A stretch of DNA of 64,000 nt, from contig NC_079169.1 in the NCBI RefSeq assembly GCF_947568905.1, forward strand, positions 87,420,001 through 87,484,000. Direction: 5' to 3'. The DNA is from Ostrea edulis (lineage: Eukaryota). Below, piece by piece: positions 11,620-26,200 of this stretch; within the stretch, counting starts at the first letter, position 1, and each line of letters begins with the position of its first letter. The position numbers were made by a program, and so were the translations under genes. Below the pieces are notes generated by a model. It saw only the letters and a program-made list of their open reading frames with translations. It searched no databases and was not told the origin of the DNA.

Positions 11620-13264
11620 CACACGCAGTGGCGGAATCCGATAAAAGGGGCCGGGGAAGTATAATTGACCAAAATACTTAGCCATTATGGGTCCGGAATC
11701 TGTAGTTCCACCCGCATAACTTCTGATTTCAATATGTTCTGCGCAGGATTTGAATGATTTCAACCTTATCATTTGTATATGCCACGCAGTAATGTCTTGT
11801 ATTTGTGGCGGAAAGGGGGGCTAACCCAGGTCCACCACTCACAATGGCGGGGTTGCTGAAAGTAACAGATTTTGTATTACAGTATTTCCCTTTAAATCTT
11901 GGAGACAATTACTTTTAACATGTCCCTGGACAGACGGAAATGAGTTTTAAAACACTCAAGTGTATATGGTGGTATAGTAATCGTTCAAATAATGATTTCG
12001 TCCGATGATGTTTTGCAAGGGAAAAAATTTATACATATTCGCTAGCCATGGGTTTTGGGTCCACTCCGCTCCTCATTCATCGATCGAAAACTCTTTGCTA
12101 GCGAGATAGAAAAAATAATAAAAAAATAATCTGCAGGAGAAAGTAATTAACAGTACTGAAAAACATTCCTATCTACCGCATCTTCTTGTTGCAAAATCAT
12201 ACGTGCATAGATATGAATATACCTTTTGTTTGACATTTTGTGCCAACTGATCAGCCAGTGCTGATTAAATGACACCATTGTTGAATTTCTCGCCAAACTC
12301 GTTCAAAGTACACAGGGATCCAGTGGTACCAACGACTCACACTTTACTATTGGCAAATCGATGATGGTATCAATGGGTTTACTCGCTCATGTACTACAAT
12401 GGTAATGATTCTCAACTGCAATAAGCACGTGTTAGCTAAAGTCTGCGACATACTTATTCTGCCCAATCCCTCATCTGCACTTTTTTCATTATCCATTACC
12501 ATACATATTTAAGTTAACGTAATGTCATCCGAATCATTTTGAAACTCTAAAAGTCCGAGTCACCGATCTTTGATCAACCACAGACTTATGACGTCACAAC
12601 GCATGTAATTTTGCATAAAATTTATTGTATACAGAGGGGCGTGACAATCTCGTCGCTGCGCAACTAGACTCCCACACCCCTCCGTACAATAAATCCTATA
12701 CAAACGAAAGAAAGTACTGTAAATATATAACTTATGTACATCGAAAGTATCCTTGCATACCGTGAACTGAAAAAGAAGAAAAAATATTCTATCGATTGGC
12801 TGAACTCACATACTAGTTTGCGTCCAAATTGATGAAAATTATATCGAATTCCAGGATATGGAACGATTTTTTCGAAAGATTGCAAGGTGTCACGCGATTG
12901 ATCAATGGGAGATAACTGCAAATGTTATGATAATGTAAAGCAAACGTTAAAAGTTTTTAGACGTACTGAAATTAGGTGATGCTTTGACCGACACAAAAAA
13001 GATCTTAAATTCTTCTGTCTAAAGGTTCAATGTGATCAAGGGTTTGGAATTTTGCTGAGATTATCCTTCACTCCAATATCAAAGTTAGTAGTCAACTCAG
13101 ACTATACGACATTGAAGGTCAAGGTCATGTAATGATGTTACTGATTCACTATCCTTCTATGAATACCCATAGGAACGTTTTTATTCTTTAAGCTATATAT
13201 GGCATATTCTTTGGATATCACCGTAGGAATAAAAAACCATGTATTTTATATCAAGCTATACAAT

Positions 13265-13315
13265 AGTCTGACTAAAGCCAGAAGTGAATGCGTAGGGGCT
13301 GGCTTTAGTCAGACT
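13265..13315. repeat. Short perfect hairpin (17-bp stem)
   Basis: agtctgactaaagccag ... ctggctttagtcagact. Confidence 0.9.
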
Positions 13316-15039
13316 GACTATACACTTTCTGCAAATTATGCTATTTAACTCAGTCGGATTAAAAAGAAATCAAGCCAGTTTCCTGTTTTACTACATGTCT
13401 GTGTTCCCTGAGTCGGATAGTGAATGCCACATTTCGAAATATTTAATATGATCACGCGGAATTTCGAAAGTAAACAACAAAGCAACGTGCAAGCGTGTAC
13501 GGCCTGCAGGCTGTTGACAGGACACATTTAGCGATACAGATAGTCAGGCGGAGAACAGGGTAGAGAGAACCACTCTCAGCAATACAAGGGGAGTTAAATT
13601 TTAGGTTTAACATGAAATCACCATCCATTACAACTGTATACCGTAACTGCCACGTGTTTCTAATATTTTTCTCGCGCTTTTGCACACCACCTCCATAAAC
13701 GCCACCCTGTCATGAATATGCACTAGAAATCGAAACATTGAGTAGACCATTACTCCTTGTATCCTTTTTCATATTGACAAAACTTAGGTCTAGTTTTTAA
13801 CATCAAACAGAATACTGTTTAATACGGCACATATACCTTTTAAGTGTCTTGAATATTGCTCACATTTCGCCGGTGTTGTGAGTTTTGTGATGTATACAGA
13901 AGTCTATCATAATATGCATCTCTATAAATTCATTGACTTTTTAAAAATAGGTCAGTACGATGATTTAGCTACCTGAATGCAGGGGCAAAACTGTCTTCCT
14001 GTAAACAAACTAATCACTTAATAGTTTACAGGAAGACACTCATTTTTACTTATATTTAAAACGTCAAGTACCCATGTCTGAATGGTATAATATTCACTGG
14101 GACTGGCTACAAGAGGCTTAGAGCTAACAATACCCGGTCGGCCATCTTTATTAATAGCTAGAGTGCAAGACCTTGTAAAATGTAATTAAAGACGCAAGTT
14201 TTCAATGGAAGATCAAACAATAACTACTAATTAGTGCGTCAATTATAGCTCACATAGTTTTAAAAATCGCGGCAGTCCTGTTATATCAGAAGAGAAGTTA
14301 TGCCTTTAATTGTAGGTAATGTTGATAAAACACAACAAATAATTTCATTTAAAATTTTTAATGATATAACATTTTATAAAATTAACAATTAAAATTTTTA
14401 ATGATATAACATTTTTATAAAATTAACAATCCTCAATAAAGGCTATCAACATAGTAACAATTGTATACAGTGTAAAGTTATTTGGCACAAAGTCAGTAAA
14501 AACGTTCCACAGGAGGCATTTGAAAATTAAACTATTCTACATTAACAGTCATTATTATGAAACATGTTACATATCATGGCGTTCCACTTTCCTATTTTCT
14601 GTGACGTGTTTCCAATATTATTGGTCCTGGTTTTAAACAAAGTATATAGATCAGAAACTATAGTATAAAATGACCAAACAGTTACAGCCAAAAACATTGC
14701 ATTCAAAATTCAGAAAACACCTGTATTCATAGAACAACCTTTGAATCACGTGCACACATTGGCCATCTCTAACACGAGGGTTTCAACAAAGAGTATGTTC
14801 ACTTGCAGCGGTAAACCAAACTCCCGGTACATGGACAAAGTCAAGAAGTATAGAAACTTTCTGAAGTCTAAGGACAGTACAAAATACCTACATTTTCCGG
14901 GGGATGTATAAAATCTGTCTTGAAAAGAAATGAATAAAAACCATGTATAAAATCTGTCTTGAAAAGAAATGAACAAAAACCATCCCACTTGCAAAGAGAG
15001 ATATGACCAGTCAAATTTTGCAATATTTAATCTTTTCCA

Positions 15040-15720
15040 CTTGTAATTTGCATTGTGAAAAATGCATTGTAATGTACATTTTCATTTGTATTGTGTATGT
15101 CAGCATTGTAAACTTTCCATCTATATAGTACATGTATATTTTCAGTCTGCTTCATATGTATTGACATTTAAAAATTCTCGAGCGGAATGTTAAACAATAT
15201 AAAACCAACCAACCTTTCAATTGTATTGTATAATTTCAATTGTATTGTACAATTTCATTTGTATTGTATAATTTCATTTGTATTGTTTAATTTTTCATTC
15301 GTATTGTATCCGAAGGATTGTTTATTTTAGCTTGTTACAAAGGATTTCAATTGGTTTAAACCATGGTTCGATTATCAAGCTATTATCTTTTCATTACTAC
15401 TTTTTACCCACAAGTATATGTAGGTTCTACTGAACTTTCCCTTGCTTATAAACCTAATGTTTAACTAGTCCTGCGCTGAACATGATACAGACGAAATCCT
15501 TCATAACAACTCAAAATAAACCACTCCTCAGACACAACACAATGAAAACTTATACTACAAATAAAGAAAAATTTACAATACAAATGGAAAATATACAATG
15601 ACAAATTATAGAAGGCAAATGGAAAATATACAATACAAATGGAAAATATACAATACAAATGGAAAGTATCCTATACAAGTGAAAAATTATACAATATAAA
15701 TGGAAAAGATAAAATATTAC
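15040..15720. repeat. Inverted pair of 19-20-bp subrepeat arrays (foldback-like element)
   Basis: (tttcatttgtattgtataa)n at 15217-15305 versus (tacaatacaaatggaaaata)n at 15575-15715. Confidence 0.6.
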
Positions 15721-15879
15721 AATATTTCATATACCATGTTTGATATGCCATACATAGAAATGATAGAATTCCTCCTAATCATTACAGAAAAGGCACATCT
15801 CAAAACCTGAAATTGTAATAAACCTGCCATAAAAACCCAATACTACAAAAACCAACTAAGTCTGGTAGGAGTTGGAATT

Positions 15880-16319
15880 CAAACAGCCAGACATGGGCGC
15901 CCTAACATCAATACAACACGGAGGTGAAAAGACTCAAACAGCCAGCTATGGGCACCCAAACATCAATACAACACGGAGGTGAAAAGACTCAAACAGCCAG
16001 CTATGGGCACCCAAACATCAATACAACACGGAGGTGAAAAGACTCAAACAGCCAGCCATGGGCACTCAAACATCAATACAACACAGAGGTGAAAAGACTC
16101 AAACAGCCAGCCATGGGCACCCAAATATCAATACAACACGGAGGTGAAAAGACTCAAACAGCCAGCCATGGGCACCCAAACATCAATACAACACAGAGGT
16201 GAAAAGACTCAAACAGCCAGCAATGGGCACCCAAATATAAATACAACACGGAGGTGAAAAGACTCAAACAGCCAGCCATGGGCACCCAAACATCAATACA
16301 ACACGGAGGTGAAAAGACT
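15880..16319 (+). repeat. 55-bp tandem repeat, 8 copies
   Basis: Unit caaacagccagccatgggcacccaaacatcaatacaacacggaggtgaaaagact. Confidence 0.97.
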
Positions 16320-17257
16320 AATCATCCCGATTCTTTATTTGGTTTCTATGGTTAAATGATTTGCAAAGCATCAGAGGCAACTCAGTTGCCAAGACGCTGT
16401 CTTGTTGTCATGGTAACCTACGTACTATTGCCTTAAATATATATGAAACAATGAAGCTATATATCAGAATAAATTGACACCCTCCATACAACAGACCACT
16501 GTGCTTCTCTAGATAAACCAATACATGTACTCCCTACAGCACAACCATTTCACAAAAATGAGAGACATATAGTTTCACATAAATTTCTTAATACAGGTTT
16601 ATAAGTACTTTACTAAGCATTAATTATAATCAGTCAACCGAAACCCCCTAACAACAGAATACTGGGCTTCTCTGAACAAGGGGAGATACCCCTTCTCCCC
16701 CGGTACAACAGACCAATGAGATTCTCTGGATGAACAGATATCATTCACACAACAGACCAATGAGATTCTACAATCTAATAAACACCCCACCCCCTCATAG
16801 CATACCTACAAATGAACTAATATCCACAGCACAACAGACTGCCAGTAAATTTAAAACAATACTCGGCAAGAATAAATTCAGTGATGCTGCCACAATATCA
16901 AAACCGTCGATGACGATGCTAAATATCGAATGAATGTGGAAACAGATCACACACATAAACTGTACACATCAAAAACATCTTTTAAATAAATAAAATAAAT
17001 AAAAATATACATTTTAACATATAGGATATTGCACAATATATGTTGTAGCTGCCAATTATAAGCTGAAAAACAAACTTGTTTAGATGTTAGCTATTATCAT
17101 CAGATCACGCATGTAATTCAGAATGCGATAAATATACACAGGAAGAACCAGATACATAATTAATACATAAACAACTTTCTTCTAAACCACAAATAAAGAA
17201 TGATCATTTTCAAATTCTTCTCTACCCAGCATGTAAATACAGTAATCTATATATCTA

Positions 17258-17570
17258 AGACAGGTACAGAATTACATACCATAGACAGGTGCTTGTACAT
17301 ACAGCAATCTACATACCATAGACAGGTGCTTGTACATACAGCAATCTACATACCATAGGCAGGTGCTTGTACATACAACAATCTACATACCATAGACAGG
17401 TGCTTGTAAAATACAGCAATCTACATACCATAGACAGGTGCTTGTACATACAGCAATCTACATACTATAGACAGGTGCTTGTACATACAGCAATCTACAT
17501 ACCACAGGCAGGTGCTTATACATACAGCAATCTACATACCATAGACAGGTGCTTGTACATACAGCAATAC
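17258..17570 (+). repeat. 37-bp tandem repeat, about 8 copies
   Basis: Unit atagacaggtgcttgtacatacagcaatctacatacc. Confidence 0.95.
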
Positions 17571-18099
17571 ATAAATCAATGAGAAGTACAGACGACAGGT
17601 ACAAATGTACTCACCGTAAACAGACTCAAATGGCAGGTATGGTATGCACAGCAACATCATTAAGTGTTTAGCTTCCTATAAAACCTATATTCTGCCTTAC
17701 CATACAAAGCTATACATTTCCCTCTCACATCTTTCAAGAATCTAAAATTAACAGGGGATATGTATCCATGCAAAAAATCTTTCCATTTACAGCATGTTTT
17801 TTTGCTCATGATACAAGTCTCACATTACCAGTAACCTCTGCATTTTAATATTCAAAACTATTTTCTACAGCTTTTCCCTCTATGCTTGTGTTAAGATACA
17901 TACTTTCAAGCATTCATAAGAACCCGATTCGAACTGAAAACTTGCTGCTTCAGGAAAGTTGTGCTGTAAATTGAAGGTTGTAGCTCCCTGGTATGCCAAT
18001 GTCTCCCCCCCCCCCCCCCCCCCCCAGAGAACTACAGTTTTGCAACTAGTGCGTTGAAAGAGCAAAGGACAAGTCATTGAGAATTTTTGGAAATAAGCT

Positions 18100-18520
18100 C
18101 ACATTCTGGGGAGCCCAGATTTGAGTTTTGAGAATACATGTCCATATTCAGAAAAAAATGCCCAACATTGTTGTGTTTTGAGATATGCCCATCTTTACGT
18201 TCGGGAATATGCCCACAATTTGAGGAAATTTGGGGGAATATGCCCATATCACGAGAAGATGCCCAGATTTGTGTTTTGAAAATATGTCCACTCTCAGATA
18301 TTCAGATTTGTGTTTGGGAATATGTCCACACTCTCAGATATTCAGATTTGTGTTTTGAAAATATGTCCACACTCCCAGATATTCAGATTTGTGTTTTGGG
18401 AATATGCCTTCATTCTGAGATGTCTGCAGATGTGTTTTGGGAATATGACAAGCTTTGTAGTCTAGGAATATGCCCATATTGCAAGATGTCGGGCTTCAGG
18501 ATTTGGGAATATGCCCACAT
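18100..18520 (+). repeat. Degenerate repeat of about 37 bp (cagatttgtgttttgggaatatgccc)
   Basis: Recurring motif; explains ORF 18138-18698. Confidence 0.75.
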
Positions 18521-21500
18521 TGTAAGGTCAGGTGCTGATGAATGGTGTTACACTATTGGGTATTTTTCCTTGCAATCTAATTTTCCTCATGATAGTGCAA
18601 TAAAACTTCTAGTCTGTCACTTTCTGTATGATGATCGAAACTTACCTCTAAATCTCTTGTCACATTTGTCCAATATTTTCTTTCCCTCGAATGATTAAAA
18701 AATCTCAGATGTCATTTCTAATTCCTTACCCTTGTGTCCAATACTTTTTCTAGTTATAGAAACGACTCTTATTTCTACTGCCTCTGAAATAAGATACAGG
18801 AGTTAAAACATCTCAACAATTCATAAAACACATGAACTAAACCAGCAGTCCATGATACACTGATAGTGTGAGCTAAAAATGTACACACATTGAACACTAC
18901 CAATGGACATAATAAATATTCTGTCAGAAATCTGTTATTCTGAATCTAGTAAAACCTGCTTAATCTGAACATAACACATTTTATATCAGAGATCACATAA
19001 ATACAATAAATCACGTTTATAACAATGTGCTGAGGATCAACATTTTGATTTGCTATAAACGTAATAGTTATATCTCTAAGTTCATGATACGTTTCAAAAC
19101 TACAGGGAAAGAAAATCACTTCACTATCAACGTGAATTCATTATAAGCCTGTTCAGTGTAACTGTATTTGACTGTACATGTATATAACAGATGAAGTTTG
19201 AAGTAATGAATGAAAATCAAACTTAATAATAAAGTTGTATGTCTGATTAAACAAGTTTCACTAAACTCAGTATAATACTCTATGAAAAATTTCATAATGA
19301 ACAATTAATCTTCATTACAATCAAAAACAATCTTACAACATGAATGATCTGATGAAAAATAGCATAAAAAAAGAATGCAGATCCAATGTTTATCAGAAAT
19401 AAATATATAAAAAATCATCTTATTGCAGACAATGTAAATACATTTACAAATAGCAAAAGTGTGAAATTCACACAAGGTTATATAAAATAAAACCATGAAC
19501 ATCAAAAAGTCTCTGCATTCTTCACAAATAAACAACAACAAAGTGACAAGAATCCATTAAGGTTCAAAGTATAACTATTTATTGACAAATGTAAATTTAT
19601 ACCATAATCATGTACACAAAACATACCAGTTTGTATTTTTGCAATATTTACCTCTTCAATATTCTAAATGGCATGTTAAGATGATTTTAAGTCACTCGTA
19701 AAATCTCAATTGATATTTACAACAAATTCACAATTGTTGAAGTTAATCAACAGCTCGTTCAAATATAAACAAAGTCAACATCAACATTTTTACTGTCAAA
19801 TACTTCTAACAAATGACGCTCAACTCCTACATCACTTCATTTAAAAGCATTCTACAAAATTACAATGTAGCTCTATCAGTGTTTGACTTCATAATTTTTG
19901 TTTATAAGTCTTATTTTTTCAAGATTTGTGAAAAATAATGATGTAATATACAGAGGACTATTAGGGGATGATTACTTATGAGGGACTATGATTTAATGTG
20001 TATATATATATATATATTATATATATATATATATATAAAGTGAGTAAACTGTTCAGGCTTCCATTTTGCGTCCTGTAATATGTATCCTTAGTCCATTTCT
20101 TTCCATTGTAGAAACATTTGCACACACCGACAAGTCAAGCTTCGATATAAACAAGGTCACGTTGAAAAATCTACACACACCGACAAGTCAAATTTCGATA
20201 TAAACAAGATCACGTTGAATAACAGACAATGTTGGGTAAATGCATGTTTTATATGAGATAGGCTGTTAAACCTTTAAAGTTTATGTAATCCAAGAATAAT
20301 GAAGATCAGTCTCCTGAGACATACATTGTCTCTTCCACATTTTCACTACAAGTAGCATATTGTTTCTTCCACGTTTCCATTTCAATTTTCCCATTATTTC
20401 TTTCACGTTTCCACACCAAGTAGCATAGTGTTTCTTCCACGTTTTCATTTCAATTTTCACATTGTTTCTTCCACTTCTCTACCTCAATTAGCACATGATT
20501 CTACATTTCCACTTCAATTATCATCGTTCAACTTTCTCTGGTTACACATAGGACATATTAGAATAATTCATCACAGTTCACACTCGACTTCATCCCCGTT
20601 GTACAGTACAATGTTTTGTAACTGAATTGAGTTTTTATTACGCCTCTAGTCTATCAGTCAGTTACTCCTTTTATGTTGTTTCTTGTCTCCAAAGATTTCA
20701 ACTGACTTTCAAGACTCAAGACAAGAAATGAACACATAGTTTATATACATGTATGTGAAGCGAGTGTTAGTTTATATACATGTATGTGAAGTGAGCGTTT
20801 GAGGGAGGGCATATTGTTACACGTCATCAGTGTGTAGTGGTATTCAATGACAATATTTCATTCCGAAAAAAATATAAGTCCTTCCATATTTACAAAAAAA
20901 AAAACCAAAAAAAAAAACCCACCACGGACAAGTTTGATTAAGTGTAGAGGCAGACATCAAGAAAAAGGTTTTTAAAAAATGATATTTTTGTTAAATGCAA
21001 CCTAGCTAACTATAATCGGATGAAATGACATAAAATTCTTTTGTTTGTTCTAAATCAGATCCCCCCCCTCTTTCTCCCTCTGAAATTTTAGGCTATCTGA
21101 TAGAAAAACTGTCACACATGGGACGGTCTGCATCATTGTAGGTTGAGCCCCAAGATCAATGTAGTGATTTTATTTATACTTTCTGACGAATTCAAATAAC
21201 GGTTGACATACCGTCTATTTTACAATTATTCTGAGTTAATTTCGTTACTTGAACCCAGTCTATTTCCTTACTTTGTACAATGGTCAACATACATTTCAAA
21301 TGTATTAGAAGTTTTCAGAGTTAGTTGTCTATGACATGAGCGATATGATTACCTAAAGATATCGAGGAACTGCAAGAACAAAATCTATTTAACTTTATAG
21401 TCATAGTCCTACTTCAATAATGGGAAACTTTAATCGTGATTACTTTTATTTTCACACCCTAAAACAGGTCCTTCCAGTCTGTTAATTTCATATTCATTTC

Positions 21501-23208
21501 CTTCTAGGTTTAAAACTCTACTTTTAACTTTACAGTTGCCTAGATATATATTCAAGCATTGTTTTATTTTGCACAATGGTGGGTACCATTGATTATCTAA
21601 AATCTATTGTACCTGTATCGGTCTTTTGTCTGCACTTTCATAAACCTAACTTTATTTCAACATATATAAGGTGCAAAATTAAAAAAACCCCAAAAATTGT
21701 GTGATTCCGGTTTCCCAACCTACTCTATTTTTCGATCCCTCGCCCAATTTTCAAAGCTCAGGATTGGGATCCAATTATTGTGATTAAATTATATGCACTT
21801 GGTAACCCCAAAATGTTGATGATTCAAAAGTATGGACGATATTAAATTTTTGAGTGACATTCACAAAATATTTCAGTATCAGAGTATTATGCATATTTTT
21901 CATTTCTCTACTGGAGTTACAAACATTTTCAATATTTCAATCACAGAAATGTTTTTTTTCTAACCTGCCTACTCTATTTCTGAAAAGCATGTCATGGAAA
22001 CCACCCCATCAATTTCTTTTGGCCTAAACACAGAGAACAATTTCACTTTTCTTCTACCAATTAACATGGGCGATTAAATTGCTTAGTTTCCTGAACACAA
22101 AAAATAACTACACTCCTCCTCTACAAATTAAAATCGGAGATTAAATTTGCTTAGTTTCCTGAACAATCTAATTATTTTGATCATTTGAAGCTTTTCGCAG
22201 AAAGCAGATCGTCTTTTCCCCAATTAAATATAAAAATTCAACCTCAGTAACAAATGAGCAACATTTAATCAAATTATTTAACGTAAATTTTAAACCTCCC
22301 AGGAAAGAACATCCCCCATTTCACTACTCCCGTTTTAATCCTATAAATAATTAAATTTAAACTGAAAATTAATCCTGTATCTATCTCTCACCACCTCCTC
22401 AGTGCTGCTAACACCAGTGTGGTGTATAAAATTATGAAAATAGGTGTGAATGTATTCTAACAAGGAAATGGTTGACTGTAATGTCATGTTAATATCTCTG
22501 ATTGGGTAATATACGACTGAAATTTACCAGCGGTGTTTATTACACGTCCATTCATCTAAACTACTTCCACTCCCACCTCTTCCCAACTCAAAAGTGCTTC
22601 TAAATGTCAGATATTACTTTCATTGAAATTCTACAAAAATATCACAGCTCTGGGGACCAAATACAGTATACAGATCTGCCACGCTGTTCTATGACATAAA
22701 TACATTTCAATCATTTACCATAGAAGGCACAAACCACAGTAAAAAGTGTGGGGGGAAAATACACACCTGTGTGTGCCTTCATAGCAAAATACTACCGGGT
22801 CAAGTAGAAATTTTTGGAAAGAAATTGGTGCGAGATTTAAATTTGTATGTTGGAGCTTCAATTTGTTTTGTTTTTGTCTGTAATGTAAATTGTAAAGATG
22901 TTATCCATTTGAAAAAATAACCAAGCTAATAAAAAAAACCCACATAGATGTTGGTCAATGTCATTTTAGGTGACATTTTTTGTGAAGTTATGCTACTATC
23001 TATATATAGTTCATTTGCAATAAAAAAACAACAACAATTTCTCACTAATCCCCAACACGGTCTTCTCAAGTTCTATAAAGATGGAAGCTAATTCTGTCGA
23101 GATGAACTCTGTTCCTGAGACTGTTTTCCTTCGTAACCTTCTCCATATGTTGCCCCTCCCTCTTTCACTGTTTCGTCCTGATTTTTGATGATCTTGAGTT
23201 ATGTTGTT

Positions 23209-23257
23209 TCAGTATCGTACAAGTGACACAAGGATTGTAGAGAGGTCTAGAAGTGTT
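23209..23257 (-). CDS. RBM33: RBM33 exon 17 (RRM end, stop)
   Basis: RTLLDLSTILVSLVRY-TGA after acceptor ctttgtttgcag. Confidence 0.87.
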
Positions 23258-26200
23258 CTGCAAACAAAGTTTATTATTTACACACAGGTTTTCAAACATG
23301 GATTACCTACTACGACATCAACATTTACAGTGAAGCTCCAAAGGATTTTCAAAATAGGCATAATATTAGTTATAAATATTAGTTATGGTGTATGAAATAC
23401 AATCCAGAGTTAATGCTCTTACATCCTTGATTGGACCTGGATAACAAATTTATTATAACCAAAGGATATTACACATATCTATTAAAATTACGGGGAAACA
23501 TATGCGAGAGTTATGAATTTAGCAGATGTGGTAGTATTGGCGATCGATTAAATTTTGTTTAATGTCCCTCTTGAAAATATTTCACTCATATGGAGATGTC
23601 ACCATTGTTGGTGAAGGGCTGCAAAATTTAGGCCTATGCTTGGCGCTTACAGCCTTTGAGCGGGAGGGGGCGATCTTGATTGTTCCATACCTTCTGTGTC
23701 ACAGGGCCTAGTTTTCTCGGTCTGAAGGACCGCCCAATTTAGTTGCCTTTTAAGACAAGCAAGGGGTACTGAGGACCTTTTCTAACTCGGATCCCCATGG
23801 GATTGTTGGTGATCAATTGGCTATTTATATTTTTTCACAGGTGCATAGGTTGGTATTGTGCTACACATGATTTCATCCTTGTATACAGTAGACTTTCAAT
23901 GGACTACACCTCCTCCAGCCTATCCAAATATTGTTACATTCATGTCTATTTCAATACTGTTGCTTTTTCTTCTTTTGTAAAATAGATACATACATGTATA
24001 AGTCCAATCCCTGTTTTGAAGATTGGCAGATGAATATCAATCAAGTTTACTACACTTGTGAACAAAGCTCATTCTACATATAAAGTGTTTGTGTTTTATT
24101 TTACGAATAATTCATGTTCATTTGAACTGGTGATTCAGAACATAAATGCAATTATTTAGTGATGAAAATTAGGAAATTCATATCAAATACTTGAGGTGTT
24201 TAACAAGCTGGGGGTAAATAACATGACAACACAGTACACAGAATCAGAATTAATATGTTCTCAGTAACAAATGTCATTAATTTTATAAATACAAACAGTG
24301 ACGTCATGTTATTTAACTTCAGTAGGGTGTACAGAGATTTACACCGATCTCATTAACTAATCAGAACTCATCTGATAAGCCACATAGGAAGTCATTTGTG
24401 ATATCCAATGAGTCAATGGTTATTTTCATCTACGTGGAGGAATGAAAATCCCTGCATTATAAGCGGTAATTCACCCTATGAGGAATGAGAATCCCTGCAT
24501 TATAAGCGGTAATTCACCCTATGAGGAATGAGAATCCCTGCATTATAAGCGGTAATTCACCCTATGAGGAGTGAGAATCCCTGCATTATAAGCAGTAATT
24601 CACCCTATCAGGAATGAGAATCCCTGCATTATAAGCGGTAATTCACCCTATGAGGAATGAGAATCCCTGCATTATAAGCGGTAATTCACCCTATGAGGAG
24701 TGAGAATCCCTGCATTATAAGCAGTAATTCACCCTATCAGGAATGAGAATCCCTGCATTATAAGCGGTAATTCACCCTATCAGGAATGAGAATCCCTGCA
24801 TTATAAGCGGTAATTCACCCTATGAGGAATGAGAATCCCTGCATTATAAGCGGTAATTCACCCTATGAGGAATGAGAATCCCTGCATTATAAGCGGTAAT
24901 TCACCCTATGAGGAGTGAGAATCCCTGCATTATAAGCGGTAATTCACCCTATCAGGAATGAGAATCCCTGCATTATAAGCGGTAATTCACCCTATCAGGA
25001 ATGAGAATCCCTGCATTATAAGCGGTAATTCACCCTATGAGGAATGAGAATCCCTGCATTATAAGCGGTAATTCACCCTATGAGGAATGAGAATCCCTGC
25101 ATTATAAGTGGTAATTCACCCTATCAGGAATGAGAATCCCTGCATTATAAGCGGTAATTCACCCTATGAGGAATGAGAATCCCTGCATTATAAGCGGTAA
25201 TTCACCCTATGAGGAGTGAGAATCCCTGCATTATAAGCGGTAATTCACCCTATGAGGAATGAGAATCCCTGCATTATAAGCGGTAATTCACCCTATGAGG
25301 AATGAGAATCCCTGCATTATAAGCGGTAATTCACCCTATGAGGAATGAGAATCCCTGCATTATAAGCGGTAATTCACCCTATCAGGAATGAGAATCCCTG
25401 CATTATAAGCGGTAATTCACCCTATCAGGAATGAGAATCCCTGCATTATAAGCGGTAATTCACCCTATCAGGAATGAGAATCCCTGCATTATAAGCGGTA
25501 ATTCACTATAAGAGCAATCCCTATAACCTTACTCTACAGCAGAGAACTAAGAAGTTCATTCCAGAACTGGACAACATTTACAAACACAACATTTACAAAC
25601 ACTAGAACCTATTGTATAAACACAACATTTACAAACACTAGAACCTATTGTATAAACACAACATTTACAAACACTAGAACCTATTGTATAAACACAACAT
25701 TTACAAACACTACATTTACAAACACAACATTTACAAACACAACATTTACAAACACTAGAACCTATTGTATTTCTGTGCAAACAATGCTGCATGTTTCCCA
25801 TCAATAAACACAACATTTACAAACACTAGAACGTATTGTATTTCTGTGCAAACAATGCTGCATGTTTCCCGTCAATAAACACAACATTTACAAACACTAG
25901 TACCTATTGTATTTCTGTGCAAACAATGCTGCATGTTTCCCGTCAATAAACACAACATTCACAAACACTAGTACCTATTGTATTTCTGTGCAAACAATGC
26001 TGCATGTTTCCCGTCAATAAACGTCACCAAGGCATCATTCTCTGCTCTCTCTATGCTCTGCAAACAAAGTATAAAATTTTGAGTATCACAAACATATATG
26101 ACTTCACTTTTAAGATTCAGAATTCAAAATGAAACCACAAACTTCAATGAAAATAGATCTACCAAATGTACTTTTATATGATTTTCTTCTAACCTTTTTT

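Noticed and set aside
18138-18698. 186-aa ORF
   Set aside because: Derived from a degenerate tandem repeat; no domain signal.
24437-25508. CRISPR-like appearance of the regular repeat arrays (also 37814-38840 and 15880-16319)
   Set aside because: The units abut with no unique spacers, there are no cas genes, and the context is a eukaryotic intron-exon genome.
25556-25816. Cys-rich ORF (CKCC repeats) resembling a metallothionein
   Set aside because: It is a translation of the exon 16-derived tandem repeat inside an RBM33 intron, with a weak start and no independent gene structure.
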